A stretch of DNA of 64,000 bases, from the NCBI RefSeq assembly GCF_001194135.2, contig NC_068981.1:31084990-31148989 (forward strand). Reading direction: 5' to 3'. Below the pieces are notes generated by a model. That model saw nothing but the letters and a program-made list of their open reading frames with translations, did not search any database and had not been told where the DNA came from. The number at the start of each line of letters is the position of its first letter. Position 1 is the first letter of the stretch. Positions 25,214-37,734 of this stretch are shown here, piece after piece. A program made the position numbers and the translations under genes. The stretch comes from Octopus bimaculoides. Its lineage: Eukaryota.

Positions 25214-27639
25214 GTGATCTAGGAGGCTCTGTGTGTGTATTTTGTGTGTGCGTTGTATGTACATGTATCTTTTGTTTTGTTTTTTTGTATATGACTTGTG
25301 TGTGTATCTGCGTGCCTGTGTATCATGCATTGTTCAAAACTAGCGTGTATTTTGCTAAAAGCTCAGTCGAGGCTGGAGAATAGAGTGAGAAAAGCCAAAT
25401 ACAATCTTTGCTATGCTTTAAGATAAGGTTTCCTTTAGAGATTAAGACCATGGTAAATGCATAAAATTACTTGAAGCAGCTTTAGATTGTAAAGGCATAA
25501 TATCTCCAAGACTTCGGTCAACATTTCTTTTTTTCTTTTTACTGTCTATAGCAGACTGTGTGGCAACGTCAGAGTAATCGATATGTAAGTGATAATTTTT
25601 TTATTATCTATAGCTTGAAGCAAAAAAGATGGGAGGCAAACGTATTTAGGAGAGCTTGATGAAACGGTGAGATAATATATGAATTAAGATATGAAAACGT
25701 ACGCTTCCAGGAGACAATTTTATTAGGATATATATCTTGAGAAAGTCTGATAAAAAGTTATAATAAAACCGATAAAAAAAAAAAAATTGCTATTCTGGGG
25801 AGAAACAAGCGATAATTAATGTTAAGTGTAAAAGATATGGTACAGAATTATAAAATATTAAGCAATGTCATGCGATATCGTGCTATATTATGTGATCAGT
25901 TGCATCTACATCTACAACTGTGACACGTACAACTGAGCAGTTGATTTGGGAGTATAATAATTGTAGAAAAGTGCAGATTTAATTAGCTTGATAAATAAAC
26001 AGCTAACCGGATACAAGTTGAGATACACAAATTTAGCTGCAGTTATTGTTTTATTTAGATTGGGTTTGCTCTGATAGAACTCATATGCGAGGCCTCGGTT
26101 GTACCGTTCTTTTTTTTATTTTTAGTTTTATTATGGCAAGGTCTACTTCCTTTAATGTGTTTCGTTCAAATTAAAGAAAGTATTGGCGTGATTTGAGGGA
26201 ATCTTGCTGACATTTCCAATAGGACGAATGACCACTTCATAAGAAACAGTTACTGCTTAGATCCAGATCAGCAATTATTATGCAGACCTGTGACCAAATG
26301 CGTTCCAACTGTGACTTTGCGAACGTTCTTATACAATTATGTGTTCATTCACCTATAATTATATACATATATGTCATTACTTTGACGGTTGCTTATTTAT
26401 TGAGCAGTCATTTGATTATAAGAGTTTGTTCGATCAACTGGACTATCAGCTTCTGAGCGGCTGAGCATTCCGTAGACAAGCATACCGATTGAAATTCCTA
26501 AGAAAAATCATCTGTGTGATTGTTTGATATGGCTGTGCCTTTTTAATTACAGGTAGAATCCTCCAGACGACAATGTTCTATATGGTTTCCGCATATTGAA
26601 TGAATTTCGCTCACAAAATATGAACCAGTACTACAGAAAATTATATTTACCTAAAAAGACATGCAATGGGATTGAATCCAGAACCTCGTGATTGTTTAAT
26701 TATTCATTAATTATTTATTATTTATTCGGTCACTTAGCATCAACTATACAGTAAGCAACATAATGCAGCTTTGTCGATCGTCACTGCATCGATGGCACTG
26801 AATTATTGTTTAGTGTGTCAGAAAGGATATCCTTGGACTTGGCTATGCCACCGGGTATGTTGCGAAAGAAAGAACTTATGTAGTACCACGAAAATTAACC
26901 TCCCGCCCAACGATATTCTGGACTCCAGAATCTGGAGTGTCACACCTAACCGCTGCCAAGCCTAACATTAGTTGATGATGGAAATACATTATACACGCTC
27001 TAAAAAAAATTGCAAACTACTCGTTCCTATTTCCATAACATATACCATGAAAGATGTCTTGGTTAAGCTATCTCTCCCGCTGCTCATTCACGTTGACTAT
27101 CCAATCCTTCTCAATTCTAATAATATTAAATACCAACAACGACAATATAATAATGTTTATGAGGATTTAGAGTTTCTACTCCTTTGACCAATTAAATTTC
27201 TAGAATACAGGTTATTTTTGTTTCTTAAAGATCTTGCCTGTTGAGGAAACTGTGCTATGCTGACCGAGCCTATTAAGACCGAAATATGTTCGTTGTATCC
27301 TGCAAGTAATTTACAATACAGATCTCCTCCCGTGGTGCACTTTATATACTTTCTATAAATCCAGTTAAATGATACGATAGAAGTTATTTCCATGTTTGAT
27401 ATTTTAGATTTGAATATCGTTATATGTAGTTTCTTTCTACAGATGGCACTGATAATTTCAATTCGTTGAAGGATTTAACGAACAGCATTAAGTATATAAG
27501 AGCCTGAGTGTGTGTTTGTATGCGTTTGTGTGTGCATGTGGGTGTGTGTGTGGGTAATCAGACAGAGACAGTGGGGGAGGCCATATATATGTACACACGC
27601 ACACGCCCACACATATACTCGCACATATACATTTAGATA

Positions 27640-28874
27640 TCAGGTTGAGTAAAAAGTAGGGAACGTTTAAAACCTTGAAGAATTTGTACCGGAGTTTTGC
27701 TGAGTTTTGAAATTTTTCACACACTGTTTTGCAATTGTCTGATGATACAGACACAGGCTTGACCACATGCATTAACAAATTAACATTGATATTTTTTTTC
27801 ACCGTTGTTACAATCATCTGAAATGGAAGTGTCAAAGCGCGATATTCGAGCAATTTTGCTATCCAACTTCAACAAAGAACGTAAAGCATCTGAAACTGCT
27901 CACGATATAAAATGACTAGTGAGCGGTCAGCTCGAAAATGATTTAAACGATTTCAAAGTAGAGATCGTAAGCGTAGTGGATGACAACCTGCCATCGATGA
28001 CGGACAATTAAAGACCGTCATTGAGAAAGGTCTACGTATAACCACTCGCAAACTGGCAAAAGAACTTCAAGTTAGTCAGAAAATTGCCTGCAACTATTCG
28101 CATGTGATCGGAAAATTAAAAAAGCTCGACAAATGGGTGCCACACGATTTGAATGAAAATCAGAAAATTCACAGATATGAGATTTACTCGTCGCTTCTTC
28201 TCCGTAACCAGACCGATCCATTTCTCGGCCGTATTGTACCTTGCGATTAAAAATGGATTCTGTACAATAATAAAAAAACGTTCTTCGCAGTGAAAATGAA
28301 GCACCGAAAACCTTCCTTAAATATGAGCTCTTCAAAAAGAAGGTTATGTTGAGTGTTTGGCTGTGTACTGCTGGGCTCATCCATTTTAACTTCTTGATAC
28401 CCGGAAAAACCATTACTGCAGAAACACATTGCTGTAAAATTGCAAAAATGAACGAAAACCCGCTACTCCAGACTGTTCAACAGAAGAGGGCCAATCATTC
28501 TTCATAACAATACTCGACCACACGTTTCACTAATGATGCTCCAGAAGTTGAGGCAACTTGTCTACAACGTTCTTCCCCACCCAGCTTATTCCCCAGATTG
28601 TTCTCCTACCGACTGCCAGTTTTTCAAGCACCTTGATGGTTTCCTGTGAGAGAAGGAGTTAAAATATCAAACCGATGCTGAAAGTGCATTCAAAGACTTC
28701 ATCAGCTCCAGAATTCCAGATTTTTATGTAATCTGAATAAACAAACTTGTAACTCGTTGGCAAAAATGTGTTGATTGTAATGGTAATTACCTTCATGAAT
28801 AAAATATCCGCATTGTTGAAATATATTGTGAGGAATTTCATGTTTCAAAACGTTGCTTACTTTTTACTCAACCT

Positions 28875-28876
<2 letters not shown>
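27640..28876 (+). mobile_element. Full-length mariner (DD34D) element, inactive
   Basis: TIRs TA|TCAGGTTGAGTAAAAAGTAGGGAACGTTT..(left) and AAACGTTGCTTACTTTTTACTCAACCTGA|TA (right); TA target duplication; 1237 bp. Confidence 0.95.
27823..28802 (+). pseudogene. Mariner transposase pseudogene
   Basis: MEVSKRDIR.., WVPHDL, RIVPCD*KWILYNN, KKVMLSVW, ILHNNTRPH (HDN->HNN), HPAYSPDCSPTD, RWQKCVDCNGNY; several stops and frameshifts. Confidence 0.95.
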
Positions 28877-28917
<41 letters not shown>

Positions 28918-29307
28918 TGACAGATAGATAGTGTCTTCCGGGGCTTTTCCTTCGGCCACAGTAATCGTTTCATTTAGGGGATGTTCTCATAGAAATGGTC
29001 TGGTTTGTAATGTAGCTAAATAAAGAAGCAAATAATATGCGAAGAACTCTTTAGCTACGTCATTTTTACAGAAGGAATTCAAGGTTGGCTTTGTTATTAT
29101 TCTTCCGGGGCCGATTAATTCGGCTAAGTTAACTCAAACGAAAATGTATTGCGTTCTGCCAAAACAAGACATTAGTATTCACCCACAGGGACATCCTTCC
29201 GATAGACAGTATTATGTGTCTAGTAGCATCTACTAGTATGTCTTCTGTATTCATCCATATCTTTCTCTCTCTCTATCTCTCTCTTTCTCTCTCCATCTTT
29301 CTCACCC

Positions 29308-29362
<55 letters not shown>

Positions 29363-29592
29363 CATATTTTACTGTGTATCAGCCTATCAACGTGCAGGTA
29401 TGTATGTTTGTTATTTGGTGGCCATATTCATCTCAACATGCTTCTTGTTATGTGTATGCTTCTTGTATGTGCGTTCAAATGTAATGGCTTACGTCTGATA
29501 ATATTATTTATGCATAAAGTGCATGCCAATATATAAATGTGTGAGTGTGTGTGTTTGTATGCATGTATGTATGTATATACACACATACACTC

Positions 29593-29635
<43 letters not shown>

Positions 29636-29814
29636 TGTGTGTGTGTGTATGTGTGTGTGTGTGTGCTTCTGTTTGTAACTTTCATCTCTATTTGTTCCTG
29701 TTATTGGATTGCGGCCATGCTGGGCACGGCTTCGAAGTATTTAGTCGAACAAATCGACATCAGAACTTACTTAGTCTGTTACCATCATCATAATCATCGT
29801 CATCATCATCATGG

Positions 29815-29866
29815 ACTTCTACTTTCTTCTTCTTCTTCTTCTTCTTCTTCTTCTTCTTCTTCTTCT

Positions 29867-29897
<31 letters not shown>

Positions 29898-30775
29898 TTT
29901 CTTCTTCTTCTTCTTCTTCTTCTTCTTCTTCTTCTTCGTCTCTCCTTCTCTCCTTCTCTCCTCTCCTTCTTCTTCCTCCTCCTACCTCTTCCTCCTCCGC
30001 GTCTTCCCCCTCCTACCTCCTCCTCCTACTTCCTCTCGTATTCCTCCTCCTGCTACCTCCCCTCATCTTCCTTCTAACTCCCCTCATCCTCCTGCTACCT
30101 CCCCTCATCCTCCTGCTACCTCCNNNNNNNNNNNNNNNNNNNNNNNNNNNNNNNNNNNNNNNNNNNNNNNNNNNNNNNNNNNNNNNNNNNNNNNNNNNNN
30201 NNNNNNNNNNNNNNNNNNNNNNNNNNNNNNNNNNNNNNNNNNNNNNNNNNNNNNNNNNNNNNNNNNNNNNNNNNNNNNNNNNNNNNNNNNNNNNNNNNNN
30301 NNNNNNNNNNNNNNNNNNNNNNNNNNNNNNNNNNNNNNNNNNNNNNNNNNNNNNNNNNNNNNNNNNNNNNNNNNNNNNNNNNNNNNNNNNNNNNNNNNNN
30401 NNNNNNNNNNNNNNNNNNNNNNNNNNNNNNNNNNNNNNNNNNNNNNNNNNNNNNNNNNNNNNNNNNNNNNNNNNNNNNNNNNNNNNNNNNNNNNNNNNNN
30501 NNNNNNNNNNNNNNNNNNNNNNNNNNNNNNNNNNNNNNNNNNNNNNNNNNNNNNNNNNNNNNNNNNNNNNNNNNNNNNNTCTTCCTCCTCCTCCTACCTC
30601 CTCTCGTCTTCCTCCTCCTACCTCCCCTCGTCTTCCTCCTCCTACCTCTCCAAGTTTTTCTCCTCCTACCTCCCCTCTTCTTTCTCTTCCTCCTCCTTTT
30701 ATCCCTCCTCCTCCTTTTATCCCTCCTCCTCCTTTTATCCCTCCTCCTCCTTTTATCCCTCCTCCTCCACCTTCT
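29815..30775. repeat. Homopyrimidine (CTT/CCT)n tract with derived 18-24 bp minisatellite units
   Basis: Includes repeated cctcctgctacctcccctcat, cttcctcctcctacctcccctcgt and four copies of cctcctccttttatccct; interrupted by an N gap. Confidence 0.9.
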
Positions 30776-30841
30776 TTCGCTCGTATTATGTGTCGGCAGA
30801 TAGGCAAATGAGCAGAGGTAAGTAGACAGGTGGTTGAGGTT

Positions 30842-30975
30842 TGCGCACTCCCGCATGCACGCACACACAGAGACACATCGTTTCTATGAGCATAACCATT
30901 TCCGGATGTAGTCCTAGTTTTGGGATGGATTCTGCTCTTTCGTTGAGTGACAACCATTGTCTCTCTGATTGGATA
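30842..30975. promoter_or_regulatory. Possible promoter/enhancer motif cluster
   Basis: tgcgcac..gcatgc (NRF1-like), atttccggatgtagtcc (reverse complement GGACTACA + CCGGAAAT, ZNF143-accessory/ETS-like), ctgattgg (reverse CCAAT) within 135 bp. Confidence 0.25.
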
Positions 30976-31483
30976 TGATTACAAGGAACACATTTTTCAA
31001 ATTTTTCCCGGGAAAGTTTCTATAGCAACTCAACACGTCAGTGATGAACAGAGGGCAACTCTTTGATAAAGATGATGAAGAAACTCACTGCCAAGTTCAC
31101 TCACATTTCATTGTGCGTGAAGGTGTTTTATAATCGAGGTATGGATGGACTAGAACTGCTTTACTAATTCCTATACAGTTTGCTTCAAATTTCTTTAACT
31201 AAGAAGTTCAATATTGACAGAACTTGGCCGTACAGTTTGAGGGGAATCTGCGAGACAAAAATTTCCTAACTGAATTAGCCCGGACAATTAAGACTTCATT
31301 CCCATAGACAAAATGAATATTTGTTGCTGCTTTTAACCCTAACTTTAAGCCTCTTTTGGATTCCTACAGCTTAAAGTGCCTGATATAGGTTTGATCTAAA
31401 CTCATTTTCAAAGGGTAGACTAATACGAATTTCACCATTATGGAATTTGAGTATTTTACAAAGAGCACACACACAGGCACACA

Positions 31484-31584
<101 letters not shown>

Positions 31585-32011
31585 GCACACACACGCACAA
31601 GCACACACACAAGCACACACACGTTAACACATACGAGTGTAGAAATTAATGCTTACTTTACCGTAAGTATTGGAAATATACGTTCAACGTGTTCATGTCA
31701 AGTGTGTGACTTGGTGTTCCAAACTAATGCTAATATAAGTTGTCATCTTGAGCTCCAAATCTGAAACTTGATCGTTATGAAGTTTAAACAGTGAACCAGG
31801 ATAGAAGAAACTAAATGCTGGAATTCTATAAATTTATTACAAAGCCAGCACTGTTCTTTTACGAGTTTGACCTCATCATTCACGGCTCTGTATTCCCAAC
31901 GATTCTTCTATAACTTTCTGTTTCTGGAATACGAATAGAAATTGATTTTGGGGAAGTCTAGGAAGGTAGTGGCATCAGATTTTGCAGAAGGACAGCAGCT
32001 TTAGAGGAAGA

Positions 32012-32625
32012 AGATTAGTCGATTACATCGGCCCCTGACTTCAGCTGGCACTTCTTCCAGCTACTCCGAAGGAATTTGAACTCAGAACGTGGAGCCCGAA
32101 AAGGAATGCTGCAAAGTATTTTTGCCAACGCGTTAATAATTCTTCCCGCTCGCGGCCTTAAGGTAAACATAATAAACGGTTTAAATATTTGTTTCTTTAT
32201 TGCCCACGGGGAGCTAAACATAGAGAGGACAAACAAAGAGATTAAGTCGATTACATCGACCCCAGTGCGTAATTGGTAACTTATTTAATCGACCCCGAAA
32301 GGATGAAGGGTAAAATCGACCTCGGCGGAATTTGAAATCAAAACGTAACGGCAGACGAAACACCGTTATGCATTTCACCCGGCGTGCTAAAGTTTCTGCC
32401 AGCTCGCCGCCTTTAAATATTGACACACGGCCAGTAAATTTAGGTGATGGGTAAATTGGCTTACATCAACCTCAGTGCTCAACCACTACTTATTTTATCG
32501 ATCTCAAAAGAATGAAAAGTAAAACTGATCACGTCAGAATTTGAACCCAGAACATAACGAACCAAGGAAAATACTCCAAAGCATTTTGTCCAATGCGCTA
32601 TCAATTCCCCCATCTCGCCACCCTA
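32012..32625 (-). mobile_element. Three tandem family A SINEs
   Basis: Monomers at about 32012-32150, 32190-32412 (best preserved, with tail gtgggcaataaagaaac) and 32440-32625, all on the minus strand. Confidence 0.85.
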
Positions 32626-33502
32626 AATACATGAAACAGAATAATCAATTCACCTTTGTTACTGTCTAGTAGAGAACAAAGACTATGCAAACCTGGCAGG
32701 AAAATAGCCGCAGCTCTTGAGCTGAAACTAGTAAAAAGAATTAAAATATGAAAAGGAAGTACCTGGATAGAACAATGATTCAGTGAAACTGTCACTATCT
32801 CTGAAAGTTACCTATATATCGATGTGTTATTTCTTGTCATTCTCAACGAAACTTCAGTTTGGCTGAGTTGGCGGAAAACAGTGTTTGGTGCAAAAGAGGT
32901 AGGATATTTCAGAAGATCAAACGTATTTATTGTTTGGATTGAAATCTTTTTATCGTCAACCTGTTGATAACATTAAGCTTTGTTTTGATGTTCTACTGAA
33001 ATTTCAAAAACGCTGAATCGTTAATCGGTAATGCGAAACTTTCTGGTATTCGTAATGTATATTTTTGTGGCTGTTGTCTTCATATTTTTGTTTATTTTTC
33101 ACAGCTATACATCACCGTTTATGTTTTACTCAGGAAAAAAAAAGATTACGAAAAAGAAGGCAACGGCAGGTGGTTTTCTTTAAAATGGTGTTAGATAAAA
33201 CTTTTAGGTAAAGAAAACCAAAGAAAGAATAAACTGCTGATCAAGTCAAGCCACAGGAAATAAAAGTATTCAGTCGTAACATGTATCAACATTGCTGTAG
33301 CAGCTAGATACAATAAACGGAGTACTTATTTGATCTTGGTTTATTTAATGTATATTACCTTAGAGAGAACTGAAGATGGCCATGTTTACAGATTACATGC
33401 AAGAACACCTGAAAAGATAGAAGTTCGCATTTTGTTACTAGTGCAGCGTTTTATTCACGAACAGAGCAATTAGCCCTCACTGTATATTTCTTAAGCAACA
33501 AG

Positions 33503-33547
<45 letters not shown>

Positions 33548-33689
33548 AATATAAAGAGAGAGAGAGAGAGAGAGAGANNNNNNNNNNNNNNNNNNNNNNN
33601 NNNNNNNNNNNNNNNNNNNNNNNNNNNNNNNNNNNNNNNNNNNNNNNNNNNNNNNNNNNNNNNNNNNNNNNNNNNNNNNNNNNNNNNNA

Positions 33690-33865
33690 GGTGTATAAAC
33701 AACAAGCAGGTGTATTAGGTTAACGCTCGGAAAGGTGAGGAAGTCTTTTACGAATAAAGTCACCTATCACCACTTATGTCTTCGACATCTTCAACAGAAA
33801 GGAACACGAGGAAATAAACAGAGAGAGAATATAAAAAAGCTTTTAGAGCTAGCGGTCAATCACAT
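33690..33865 (-). mobile_element. Penelope-type terminal (pLTR-like) element, disrupted copy
   Basis: Colinear with 38980-39175 and 41900-42042; the stem II/GAAA part of the hammerhead-like motif is replaced by about 35-40 nt of unrelated sequence. Confidence 0.6.
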
Positions 33866-33879
33866 ATATATAAATATAT

Positions 33880-33939
<60 letters not shown>

Positions 33940-34039
33940 TTATCGTGTGGACAACATATATGTTTGTGCAAGTAATACTGTATCTGTCGACAGTTTGTTG
34001 CTAAACGTGAACAACAAATGAGAGTGCAGATAACACGGA

Positions 34040-34934
34040 TTTTTGCAAGTGTTTTATAAACAACAGAAGCAGAGATATGAAAGTGGATACTGGGGAATCG
34101 AATCATGCCACGATAGATTAACCACTTTTGATGGTTCAGATCTAAAGCTTGTTGGATCAAACCAATTAACATTTAAACTCAACAACGCCGACGAGTCTCG
34201 TAAATTTATTGTGGTAGACAGACCATACTCTTTTGGACTGACTGGAAAAGATATTTAGTGAAGACAGTTCATTTTGTTTCAATTTAAACATGGATGTCTT
34301 CCCAGAAGTTAAAGATTTTGTGGCGCGAGTTAATTGCTCTGATGCGAGATAGAGCGTAATGAGTTCTGCGAGACGCATTCCAGTACATTTGGAAAAAAGA
34401 AGCGAAAGATGAGTTAAAGAGGTTGGGAATGATGGATATAATCACACTGTCGGATTACTCTGGAGTCAGATGTGCCTGACTTGTAGTATGGCTGAGAAAA
34501 AAAGATGGATCTCTTCGCACGTTTGTCGATTACAAGGCTCATTTAAACTCACATATTGACACCTATTCCTTTCTCATAACATCGATCGACATTATCTTCT
34601 CCGGTATGTCAGGTGCGGAATTTTTCTCCACTCTCAATTTAAAGCATGCGAATTGGCAAACATCTGTAGCGGAAGAAGCAAGGCAGATTTGCGCTATTAA
34701 TACAACTAATGGTTTCTACCTGGTTAACAGGCTTCAAATGGGACTAACGAATTTGAGTGGCATATTTCAGAACTGCATGGAAACTCTACTAAAAGGGATT
34801 GAATGAGTCAAGGTATACCAAGATGATATCCTCATCCTTGCTGGTAGCGAAGCAAAACTGACATGCAGAGAAAATGCTGTAGTTGAAAGTTTAACTAAGG
34901 CACAGTCTCCATTAACAAAGAGAAGTCCTTTCTC
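34040..34934 (+). mobile_element. Ty3/Gypsy pol pseudogene fragment (protease + RT)
   Basis: MKVDTG aspartic protease motif at 34077, LTTFDGSDLKLVG, ARRIPVHL..AKDELKRL, LRKKDGSLRTFVDYK, FSTLNLKHANWQ, NRLQMGL..GIFQNCMETLL, VYQDDILI at 34813-34833. Confidence 0.92.
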
Positions 34935-35219
34935 AGAATTATAGTGCAATTCACAAGCCAAGGAAAAGAATCAACAGATTCTCGTACCGGCTGACCTGAG
35001 GTCTATGAAAGGAAACTTCACTGTTTGAAGAGAATTGTGGAAAACGAACCTGTTCGAAGGCTCCGGACATTGTAAAACTAGAAGTTAGTCCAAAAACGTG
35101 TTACATATCTGCATAAGCTTGGGTTTTATGGATGAGCAGCTAGAAGAAAACCTCTCCTTCAACCAATTAATATCAAATAAAAGATTTTGAAAATTAAAGG
35201 TATCTATTTACTTACCGCA

Positions 35220-35225
<6 letters not shown>
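34935..35225 (+). mobile_element. 5'-truncated copy of the non-autonomous Tc1 derivative at 52039-52612
   Basis: Colinear with 52316-52612 and has the same ccaattaatat(c/t)aaaTAAaagattttgaaaattaaagg junction and right TIR. Confidence 0.9.
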
Positions 35226-35268
<43 letters not shown>

Positions 35269-35470
35269 TTTGTANNNNNNNNNNNNNNNNNNNNNNNNNN
35301 NNNNNNNNNNNNNNNNNNNNNNNNNNNNNNNNNNNNNNNNNNNNNNNNNNNNNNNNNNNNNNNNNNNNNNNNNNNNNNNNNNNNNNNNNNNNNNNNNNNN
35401 NNNNNNNNNNNNNNNNNNNNNNNNNNNNNNNNNNNNNNNNNNNNNNNNNNNNNNNNNNNNNNNNNNNNNN

Positions 35471-35514
<44 letters not shown>

Positions 35515-35562
35515 CGCGCGTAGAGAGAGGGAGAGAGAGAGATAGAGAGAAAGAGAGAGAAG

Positions 35563-35596
<34 letters not shown>

Positions 35597-35608
35597 GAAA
35601 GAGAGATA

Positions 35609-35642
<34 letters not shown>

Positions 35643-36370
35643 GAGAGAGAGAAATCAATTTAAGAAACAACCGAAAGAGCTACTAATAGTTACTCACGAT
35701 TGTGTTTTTTCTAAGTTATATTAAACTGCGGCAAAATTCACTATTATTTTAAATGCCAATAGCATTATCTTCTCACCGAATGCCATTTTCTTCTTGCAAA
35801 ATCACATTCTTCACAGTGTCTAAATTAAAAGTATTAGCTATTTCTAAGAATTGTTGCAGCAGAATTGAATTCCTCTAAATAATAATAGAAAACTCCTAAC
35901 CTCGAAACTTATTCTAATCGCAATTTTCTCATTGCAATAGTATTCGTATTCAGCTAGCTTTAAGAAAAGCTACGTCGCAGTATATAAATTTCCTCACAAG
36001 CGAACCATTCGGAAAACAAATCAACATTTCATATATCAATTACTTTGAATGACCTCATTGTCTTATAGCCACTAGGTATTTAAGTTATTACACTTTACTG
36101 CCTAAGGAAGAGCAAAAAGCTCTGGTCGGCAAAGCTAAGTTGATTAAACCTGTAAATTTACATCACCTTCCAGCTAGTCTTTTGTCAGCTAATGAATTAT
36201 TACCAATCGGAGAATGAGCAACTTCCTCACACCAATATTTCCTTATTATTAGTAGACTGTAAAGGAACGAAGGCAAGAATGCTGTGAATGATATTGATAA
36301 ATATATTGTATAAAACAATGCACAGACACACACACACACACACACACACATTCTTTCTCTCTCTCTCTTT

Positions 36371-36465
<95 letters not shown>

Positions 36466-36602
36466 TGATATAACAGGCATTTTCAAACAGATAATTGCAG
36501 GTGTATGCACACATACATTAATGGGATACATAAATACATACAAACACACTTACTATTTCACACACACGCTCACACACGCATACACATACACAGACACGCA
36601 CA

Positions 36603-36672
<70 letters not shown>

Positions 36673-36944
36673 TATACACGTGAATGTTCATTTCTGTTAT
36701 ATACAATAGAATGAAATAAATATATTGCTCAAAATACACTTGCATGCGAAAATCTACTGTCTTTCATATATAACTATATATACATAATATATATATATTG
36801 TTATGCAATTTGATTAATGCAAATACACGTATATTATATATATATATATATTCTATTGAATATTTAAACATGTTTTTCTTATATTAAACACTCTTTATTT
36901 CATATTTTTGATGACAATATTCACGCTGGAAGGATCAATTTTGA

Positions 36945-37378
36945 ATGAGGCTTTATGGTATGAAGTTTGCTTCTCAACCACATGTTTTGGGGTTCAGTGC
37001 CACTGTATGGCACCTTAGATAAGTGTCTTCTACTATAGCCCCGAGCCGACCAACGCCTTGTGAGTGAATTTGGTAGACGGAACCTGAAAGAAGTCCGTCG
37101 TACATATTTATATGTGTGTGTGTGTGTGTGGGGGGTATGTGTGTAGCCTTGTATATATCTCTGTGTCTGTGTTTGTCCCACAACACCGGTTGACAAGCGG
37201 TCAACCGGTGTTGTTGTATTTACTTACCCGTAATCTAGAATTTCGGTAAACGAGACCTATAGAATAAGTACGAAGCTTAAAAATAATAAGTACCCCGTTC
37301 GATTCGTTCGACTAAAATTTATCAAGGTGGTGTTCCAGGTTGGGCGTAGTCCAATGATTTAAACAAGTAAAAGATGAA
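36945..37378 (+). mobile_element. Family C SINE
   Basis: ccacatgttttggggttcagtgccactg..caccttagataagtgtcttctactatagcc..ggtagacggaacctgaaagaag, internal TG tract, 3' half gatttaaacaagtaaaaga. Confidence 0.85.
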
Positions 37379-37442
37379 CCATAAAGGTGCACCCACAAAC
37401 GCACACATACATATACACTCACAATCTTTAGCAATATATGGT

Positions 37443-37712
37443 GAAGGCGCATGGCTCAGTGGCTAGACCGTCGGGCTTACACTCATGATATAGTGAGTTC
37501 GATTTCCAGACCGGGTTATGTGTTGTGTTCTTGAGCAAGACACTTTATTTCATGTTGCTCCAGTTCACTCAGCTGTAGAAATGAGTTGCAATGTCACTGG
37601 TGCCAAGGTGTATCGGTCTTAGCCTTTCCCTTGGAGAACATCAGTGGCGTCGAGAGGGGAGACTGATATTCATGGGCGACTGCAAGTTCTTCCACAAACA
37701 ATCTTGCCCGGA
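37443..37712 (+). mobile_element. tRNA-derived SINE, family D (CORE-like central segment), 5' part
   Basis: A box tggctcagtggctag, B box gagttcgatttcc, gtgttcttgagcaagacactt..cactcagctgtagaaatgag; its probable 3' end resumes at 38872-38912. Confidence 0.75.
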
Positions 37713-37734
37713 GGCGAAAATTAATTTCTTATTA

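Noticed and set aside
26890-26960. tRNA-Trp-like loop (ctccaga) on the minus strand
   Set aside because: No B box or cloverleaf; at most a decayed SINE head.
27442-27490. Possible exon DGTDNFNSLKDLTNSIK
   Set aside because: Good acceptor but weak donor; no supporting neighbours.
29537-30957. 424-aa Pro/Ser-rich and Gly/Arg-rich ORFs
   Set aside because: Products of the CCT/CTT tract and an N gap.
31026-31122. Possible 97-nt exon QLNTSVMNRGQLFDKDDEETHCQVHSHFIVRE
   Set aside because: Weak donor (gtgttt), phase incompatible with the nearby microexon candidate, no recognisable homology.
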